DNA from: a virus
Length of the DNA stretch: 64,000 bases
Virus record (IMG/VR): IMGVR_UViG_3300046714_000544
Span: 5,169-69,168 of that record
Reading direction: 5' to 3' (one strand)
Of the stretch, positions 58,743 through 64,000 are shown piece by piece. Numbering within the stretch: position 1 is the stretch's first letter; every line of letters begins with the position of its first letter. Position numbers and translations under genes: made by a program. Below the pieces are notes generated by a model. The model did not search any database. It saw nothing but the letters and a program-made list of their open reading frames with translations, and was not told the origin of the DNA.

Positions 58743-59210
58743 TGGCATGATTATTGCAGGTGATGTAAAAAGATGTGAAAGGGTTCGCCTTTCATTCGCC
58801 CCACTTGGCATGACAATTGATATGCCAACCATTGGCACATTCCTTGCTACCCTGCAATCGGCGTGCCACGGGAAAAAATGCCGGCACTCAAAGGGCGTGC
58901 CAGGGAAATTTGCCCGATTTGCTGGCACGAGAAAGTGAGAGCAAGAACCGTGCCAGAAATGGTGCAGGATGTTGCACTTCGTTAACAAACTTTTACAACC
59001 GTTGGCTGGCACGATTGTTGCTAGGATGTAAAAAGATGTTAACTGATCAGCACTTACAGCCCATGGGCAAGAAGCGTGCCAACTGCTGGCATGAAGATTG
59101 CTAGCATGCAAAAGAGGTGCCACCCCGCGCCTGCAATAGGTGTGCCAGCGGTAAGTCCTTTAGAATGAGTAGCTTACCTCGTTGGTTGGTTGTCTGCAAG
59201 GGTCGTGCCA
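58743..59210. promoter_or_regulatory. Array of sigma54 (RpoN) -24/-12 consensus sites in both orientations
   Basis: Ten TGGCAY-N5-TTGC matches (4 on +, 6 on -) plus 3-4 near matches. Confidence 0.85.
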
Positions 59211-59338
59211 ACTTTGTAGGGGGTTAGGGGGTGAGTGAAGGCAATTTTATTTTTCAAATTCTGGGGAATGGCCCCAAAAACCAATCCCTGTAAGTTGTTG
59301 AAAACCGCGAAATTTCGACTTTCAAAAAGGCCAAAATC

Positions 59339-59725
59339 CCAAAACAGCTTGATCTGTGGAAGTTGTTGAAAACAAAGGAGTTGCGGCGGCCAAAGGCCGC
59401 GGGTCAACCCTATATAGTATATATTGCTCTGACCTGACCTGAGGTAGAACAGCCAAGGGGGACTAAGCGCGGGGCGGTTTTTCTGCCCCAGAGACGTTGA
59501 GAGGTTCCCCCTAGAGCAGCTTAGGTGGTCGTTCGGGTGCGCTACCTCGGGCTGCTCCCAATGCAGCCGTGTAGGCCTATAACAGATAGGTCATATGTTG
59601 TTGTCCCAGAGGTTTTAGGCCTCTGTTAGATCAGGTCAGCTTAAATGATATTAATAGGGGTTGATCCGCCCGGTTTTCGGGTGGTAGCAACCCATGGAAT
59701 CAACAACTTAGACAGATCAAGGGGG
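59339..59725. repeat. Imperfect ~100-bp inverted repeat with AT-rich cores and IHF-like sites (possible origin or packaging site)
   Basis: CTTGATCTGT..AAGTTGTTGA..GG(G/A)TCAACCC.TAT..CTGACCTGA at 59348-59438 and inverted at 59630-59721; AATCAACAACTTA at 59698-59710. Confidence 0.7.
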
Positions 59726-59762
59726 GTGCGGCTTTTTGATGGGAACAAAATCCACCAGCAAC

Positions 59763-59792
59763 TTGATTAGAATCAGTGAAATGTGCTATAAT
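59763..59792 (+). promoter_or_regulatory. sigma70-type promoter for the terminase operon (TTGATT-18-TATAAT, TGn extension)
   Basis: TGC-TATAAT upstream of the first rightward gene. Confidence 0.55.
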
Positions 59793-59835
59793 ATGTGCAG
59801 TAAGTGGCCCCGATGGGGGCGGAAAGGTGGCTTGA

Positions 59836-60087
59836 TTGCTCGGTTTTGGTGATGGGACGGCGTTGGACAGGATCGCAGATGCTCTAGAAGACCTCGTAAA
59901 GCTCCAAATTGCCTCTCAGGGCGGTTCTGCGAGGGTAGGACGGCTGAAGACCCTACAGATGGATGAAAACAGCCCTGAGGAGCCCTCAGTGAGCTACACA
60001 GACGACGCTGCGGACGTCAAAAGGGAGGCACTTGAGGACGAACAGCGCCTTTTGAAGCTCTATGGAGGCCGCCGTGGGGGTCGTTGA
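59836..60087 (+). CDS. Hypothetical protein
   Basis: LDRIADALE motif; AAGGTGG SD. Confidence 0.55.
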   Translation: MLGFGDGTALDRIADALEDLVKLQIASQGGSARVGRLKTLQMDENSPEEPSVSYTDDAADVKREALEDEQRLLKLYGGRRGGR

Positions 60088-60913
60088 ACGAGGTTCGATC
60101 GTGACGAAGGACGTGGTTAAGAGGAAATTGGCGATCAAGGCCCTGAAAGAGGCCGGGGTACCCATCCCAGATGAGCTAAAGGAGAGGATTATACATAGGG
60201 TGAAAAGTCCGATAGGGACGTTGACGGTCAGGGAGGGTGCTGGGGTGGTCAGGTCACCCGCTCTGTCCATCTTGAAGCAGTTCGAGAAGAACATCGAGGG
60301 GCAGACCCCGGTGGCGGATGCGATGGCGGTGTCCGAGGTTGCGGGAGAGCGTCTATCCGGTCCAGAGAAGGCCCTTATCCACGCCCTGACCCAAACAAGG
60401 CGGGGGAAGTCAGTCCAGCTAGCGCGCCATATCGCCGAGCAGGGGGTCAACCCGGTCCGGGTCTTCGACCTGTACAGCAAGGGGGTGCTTTATATGAAGA
60501 AGGCCGAGGCTCTTCAAGCCGCCGCGGAGCAGATGCCCCAGGTTATGAAGAATCTCCTCGGTCATGCCGCCTCGGAGGCGGGGGATGTGTGCTCCCTTTG
60601 CGTAGGGACGGGGGAGGTGGCCCGTTCCGCGACCTGTGAGACCGCCCCGGCGAAGCAAGTCCCCTGTCCATCCTGCGAGGGGGCTGGGAAGCGCCTAGAG
60701 CCGTCCAAGCTGAAGCAATTCGCCATCGACAAGCTCCTGGAGGTTACCGATCTGTCGAAGAAGGGCGGAGGGGTGACGGTCAACCAGCAAACCAACGTCG
60801 TCAACACCCCAGCCAACGGTGCGGGTATCCTGGAGAAGATGCGGAAGGCTGCGGATGAGGTGTTGTATCAGAAGAAAGAAGACGTCGTCGAGGCGGAAGT
60901 TGTATCATCCTAA
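60062..60913 (+). CDS. Putative terminase small subunit with CxxCxGxG zinc finger
   Basis: Directly upstream of and overlapping TerL; CSLCVGTG..CPSCEGAG; C-terminal VNQQTNV...VEAEVV. Confidence 0.55.
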   Translation: MEAAVGVVERGSIVTKDVVKRKLAIKALKEAGVPIPDELKERIIHRVKSPIGTLTVREGAGVVRSPALSILKQFEKNIEGQTPVADAMAVSEVAGERLSGPEKALIHALTQTRRGKSVQLARHIAEQGVNPVRVFDLYSKGVLYMKKAEALQAAAEQMPQVMKNLLGHAASEAGDVCSLCVGTGEVARSATCETAPAKQVPCPSCEGAGKRLEPSKLKQFAIDKLLEVTDLSKKGGGVTVNQQTNVVNTPANGAGILEKMRKAADEVLYQKKEDVVEAEVVSS

Positions 60914-62978
60914 GGTTATTGCCGATTCGGTCACAAAGATGGAGCGCGCCCTGGGCCTTGACCTGAGGAGCTACTCCTTCAGCGAGGTGGAGGGGTTCGA
61001 GCATCGGCTCCGGGAGGTTACTTGGGAGCCGGGGCTGGATACCGTCCTAGCGACCCAGCCGGAGGATGTGCAGGCCTACATCCTCAACGAACTCGCCCTC
61101 TCTCAGTGCGACTGGAGATACTGGAGTGAGCGTTACTGTAAGATCAGCAACGATGCCGGCGTGATTGTGCCGGTCCGGCTCTGGCCCAGCCAGGAGAAGG
61201 TCTTTGAGCTTGTCCAGCAACAGGAACTCAAGGCTTTCATCGACTGGCAGGATGGGGCGAAGTTGTCCATGCAGGCAAAGATTTGGATCATCATTGCAAA
61301 GGCGCGGCAGCTGGGGTTGACGGTTATTGGGGAGGATCTTGTTGCCCACCTCACCCTTCTCTTCAGCAACACCCGCTCCATTATCGCCTCGGATGACATC
61401 CGGACCAACAGCCCCAAGCTATACCGGGTCTTCAACATGATGTACAACAACATGCCCAAGTGGATGCAGCCACCCTGCACGGCGAATGTGAAAGCCGTCA
61501 ACATGCACTTCGGGGCGATTGAGAGTGACCTGGTCGTCAGTGGTGGGAATCAGAAGAACACCATGGGCCAGGGCATGACCATCGATGCGGTTCACTTGAC
61601 GGAGATGTCAACGTGGCGGGATGACGTTGCCCGGGGTATTGAGGAGGACCTCAAACCGGCCTTCAAAAGTAGCAAGAAACACCACTCCATCTTCATCATT
61701 GAGAGCACTGGTAAGGGGGGTAAGGGGAACTACTTCTATGATCAGTGGGACGCATGTGTGAAGGGGGTGGGACATCTCGCGCCCATCTTCATAGGCTGGC
61801 ACTCCTGCCCGGAGAAGTATGAACGGCGGGATGATGGGATTGTTATCGGGGATGATGTGCTGTCCCTCGCGCGGAGGTTGAAGGAGGAGCAGAACGTCAC
61901 CCTGACGAAGGAGCAGCTCTGCTGGTACCAGTTTGAGAAGCGGGCGGCTGAAGCTACGGGGGATCTGCAGATCTTCCTCCAGGAGTACCCCAGCAGCGCG
62001 GAGGAGGCATTCCAGTTCGGCCTGCGGAGTGTCTTCCCAATTGAGGTCCGCAATAAGATTCGCAATGAGGTTAGACGCCCGCTGGCGGTCTATGACATCA
62101 ACTGGGCAGCGCGGAGGTTGAAGGTTGAGCCGATGGGCGACCGATCCCCTATAGAGTATCAGCAACAGGGCCGCGGGTTGGATGTAGATGAATGGCTCAA
62201 TAGCGCGGACGATTCGAAGGCGGATAACCGGTTGATCATCTGGGAGATGCCGAAGAGGGGATATGTCTACACGGTAGGCATGGACGTCTCCTATGGGCAT
62301 GATGGGATGGACAATAGTGCGATCCAGGTTGTCAGGGTGGGGAATAGGTGGGCAGAGGATGAGCAGGTGGCGGAATGGAGTGGGAACCGGAACCCGGCGG
62401 AGTTGGACATCCCTGCCTGGATTATGGGCAACCTCTACGTCGATGCCTACGAGGGCGTGCCGGCGAAGATGGCGATTGAGACTAACGAGGGAAGTCCGGG
62501 GATCCTGGTACAGACGAAGTTGCTGGAGCGGGGGTACGGGAACTTCTATGTCACCCGTCGGCGGGACCGGATTGGCGGGGGGTACACGAAGTCGATTGGC
62601 TGGCACACGAACGTTTCCACCCGAGAGCCCCTCATCCATATGGGCGTGGATGCGGTTAAGAAGGGGATCCTCACCCTCAACAGCACCGGGACGTTGAAGG
62701 AGATGGACACCTTCGTCGTAACTATGACGACAGAGGGGAAGAGGAAGATTGAGCACGCACCTCGTTACCATGATGACCGCCTGATCGCCCTCTTCATCGC
62801 CTATAGTGCGGCCCATGATGGAGATACGTCGGTGGTGGCGGATGAGCGGGCGCGGTTTTACGAGAGGATGAAGCAGCCGACTGAGAAGAAGGTGCGGCAG
62901 TATCAGCTCCTCCCCGTCAGCGCGGAGCAGGTGAACGAGATGTGGGAGCAGAGTATGGACAATTATGGTGGACTTTAA
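60900..62978 (+). CDS. terL: Terminase large subunit
   Basis: LWPSQ, KARQLGLT Walker A, VHLTE Walker B, IIESTGKG, QEYPSS.EEAF, GMDVSYG..DNS, HDDRLIA; likely TTG start at 60900. Confidence 0.92.
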   Translation: MYHPKVIADSVTKMERALGLDLRSYSFSEVEGFEHRLREVTWEPGLDTVLATQPEDVQAYILNELALSQCDWRYWSERYCKISNDAGVIVPVRLWPSQEKVFELVQQQELKAFIDWQDGAKLSMQAKIWIIIAKARQLGLTVIGEDLVAHLTLLFSNTRSIIASDDIRTNSPKLYRVFNMMYNNMPKWMQPPCTANVKAVNMHFGAIESDLVVSGGNQKNTMGQGMTIDAVHLTEMSTWRDDVARGIEEDLKPAFKSSKKHHSIFIIESTGKGGKGNYFYDQWDACVKGVGHLAPIFIGWHSCPEKYERRDDGIVIGDDVLSLARRLKEEQNVTLTKEQLCWYQFEKRAAEATGDLQIFLQEYPSSAEEAFQFGLRSVFPIEVRNKIRNEVRRPLAVYDINWAARRLKVEPMGDRSPIEYQQQGRGLDVDEWLNSADDSKADNRLIIWEMPKRGYVYTVGMDVSYGHDGMDNSAIQVVRVGNRWAEDEQVAEWSGNRNPAELDIPAWIMGNLYVDAYEGVPAKMAIETNEGSPGILVQTKLLERGYGNFYVTRRRDRIGGGYTKSIGWHTNVSTREPLIHMGVDAVKKGILTLNSTGTLKEMDTFVVTMTTEGKRKIEHAPRYHDDRLIALFIAYSAAHDGDTSVVADERARFYERMKQPTEKKVRQYQLLPVSAEQVNEMWEQSMDNYGGL

Positions 62979-62997
62979 CAAACAGTTGTGGTATAAT
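62969..62997 (+). promoter_or_regulatory. sigma70-type promoter (TGGACT-17-TATAAT, extended -10)
   Basis: TGG-TATAAT, the same form as the promoter at 10208-10216. Confidence 0.55.
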
Positions 62998-63017
62998 AGA
63001 AGGGCAAAGGAGGTACG

Positions 63018-63395
63018 GTGATCATCAATCAGCAGATGTCGGATGAGTTGTACGCGGCTTGTGTGGAGGACAATCCACAGAACTGGTGGAAGGGGATCCT
63101 GAATAAGCTGACGAGGTTTAAGGGGATCAGGCATGGGGAACGGATTGTGCTCTTCCGGGGGGAAGATATGCAGACCCTGGAGAAGCTGTATGGTAAGCCG
63201 ATTGAAGACCTCCCGGCCTTTAACAAGTGGCTGGAGCATCTGAAGAGTGTGCCGGTGGGGGAGATTCCGATTGTCCTTAAAGAGGGGCAGAGGAAGATCA
63301 TCCAAGGCGAGGCGAATCACTACAAAATCCCCTTCGATGTTGTTGCTAAGCGGAAGACGGAGATGGCGCTGGATCAGTTCTTGGGGAACTACTAA
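63018..63395 (+). CDS. Hypothetical protein
   Basis: AAGGAGG SD plus GTG. Confidence 0.6.
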   Translation: MIINQQMSDELYAACVEDNPQNWWKGILNKLTRFKGIRHGERIVLFRGEDMQTLEKLYGKPIEDLPAFNKWLEHLKSVPVGEIPIVLKEGQRKIIQGEANHYKIPFDVVAKRKTEMALDQFLGNY

Positions 63396-63397
63396 GG

Positions 63398-63778
63398 GTG
63401 CCCATCTATCAGTACAGCTGCACGAAGGGGGCGCATGAGTTTGAGGGATACGCCGCCTTGACAACCAGCCCTAACCCGCCTTGCCTTGAATGCGGGGAGG
63501 AGACTGAGAAGGTTTGGAAGCTGGGCACTGGGCATCATGGATCAATGATCTACCCCTACGTCACCTATCACATCAACGGTAAGCGGATCGAGATTCAAAA
63601 CAGCCGCCACCTTTCGCAAATCGAGAAGCGTTACAACGTCCGTCTTCGGGATGATAAGAGTTATGCCGACGAGGCGCCGGTTTCAGGTAAGGGCGTCGCG
63701 CCATCCAAGGAAGCCGTTGAACGGGGTAGGCAGATGATGCGAGACATCATGGCCTCTGTCCCCAGGGAGAGAAGGTAA
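63398..63778 (+). CDS. FmdB-like zinc-ribbon protein
   Basis: MPIYQYSC...HEFE...CLECG. Confidence 0.7.
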   Translation: MPIYQYSCTKGAHEFEGYAALTTSPNPPCLECGEETEKVWKLGTGHHGSMIYPYVTYHINGKRIEIQNSRHLSQIEKRYNVRLRDDKSYADEAPVSGKGVAPSKEAVERGRQMMRDIMASVPRERR

Positions 63779-63885
63779 TGGGTTTTCTTAAGGGTCTTCT
63801 GAAGGTGCTTGGGAAGTTGACCGATGTGCTGATCAAGGGTCGCCAGGCTGGGCTCTTCAATGAGAAGCAAGGGCCGCCTAAGTAA
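63778..63885 (+). CDS. Cationic amphipathic micropeptide (35 aa)
   Basis: MGFLKGLLKVLGKLTDVLIKGRQAGLFNEKQGPPK; TAATG overlap with the upstream stop. Confidence 0.55.
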   Translation: MGFLKGLLKVLGKLTDVLIKGRQAGLFNEKQGPPK

Positions 63886-64000
63886 GTGACTGATTTGAGA
63901 AAGCTAGCCGGGAGCCACGGAAAGAGCGCTAGGGAGTTGATCGATCTGGGGGAGAAGAGTGGCTGGATTTCCACTGTCCTCCTCCTCTCCATATACACCC

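Noticed and set aside
58743-59210. CRISPR array or simple tandem repeat
   Set aside because: Units occur in both orientations at irregular spacing, and only the -24/-12 positions are conserved; no cas operon is present.
61608-63464. 618-aa minus-strand ORF
   Set aside because: Antisense shadow of terL in GC-rich DNA with no motifs; the same applies to 11728-12927 and many other overlapping ORFs in the track.
1-64000. Stop-codon reassignment (TAG or TGA)
   Set aside because: Long conserved genes are intact in code 11, and TAG, TGA and TAA all end genes at sensible, often overlapping, junctions.
1-64000. Integrase, repressor or diversity-generating retroelement
   Set aside because: No recombinase, CI-like repressor, reverse transcriptase or TR/VR pair was recognised.

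Overview
The whole window is a GC-rich tailed-phage genome segment (roughly 58-60% GC by eye), probably podovirus-like. The + strand arm at 1-17474 encodes the C-terminus of the major capsid protein, capsid decoration proteins, head-tail adaptors, a tail nozzle and three ejection/internal proteins. The - strand arm at about 17250-58350 carries early and replication genes: a split UDG-exonuclease + PolA DNA polymerase, nucleases, nucleotide enzymes, a RepA-like helicase, an RtcB-like protein, a phiEco32-type amidoligase/ATP-grasp/GATase/GGCT cluster, lysis genes and many microproteins. A 1.5 kb divergent non-coding control region lies at 58350-59830, followed by the + strand terminase module. 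Most striking observations: (1) a dense bidirectional array of 10 consensus sigma54 (-24/-12) sites plus IHF-like sites in about 470 bp; (2) systematic non-canonical start codons (ATA/GTA/ATC/CTG) behind Shine-Dalgarno sequences on DNA-metabolism genes; (3) a small protein built from permuted major-capsid-like segments; (4) a roughly 950-nt structured non-coding region ending in a tRNA-like cloverleaf with a swapped elbow; (5) a PolA split at the thumb by three micro-genes; (6) apparently catalytically dead RtcB and SprT homologs. All functional calls come from motif recognition by eye; no searches were run.
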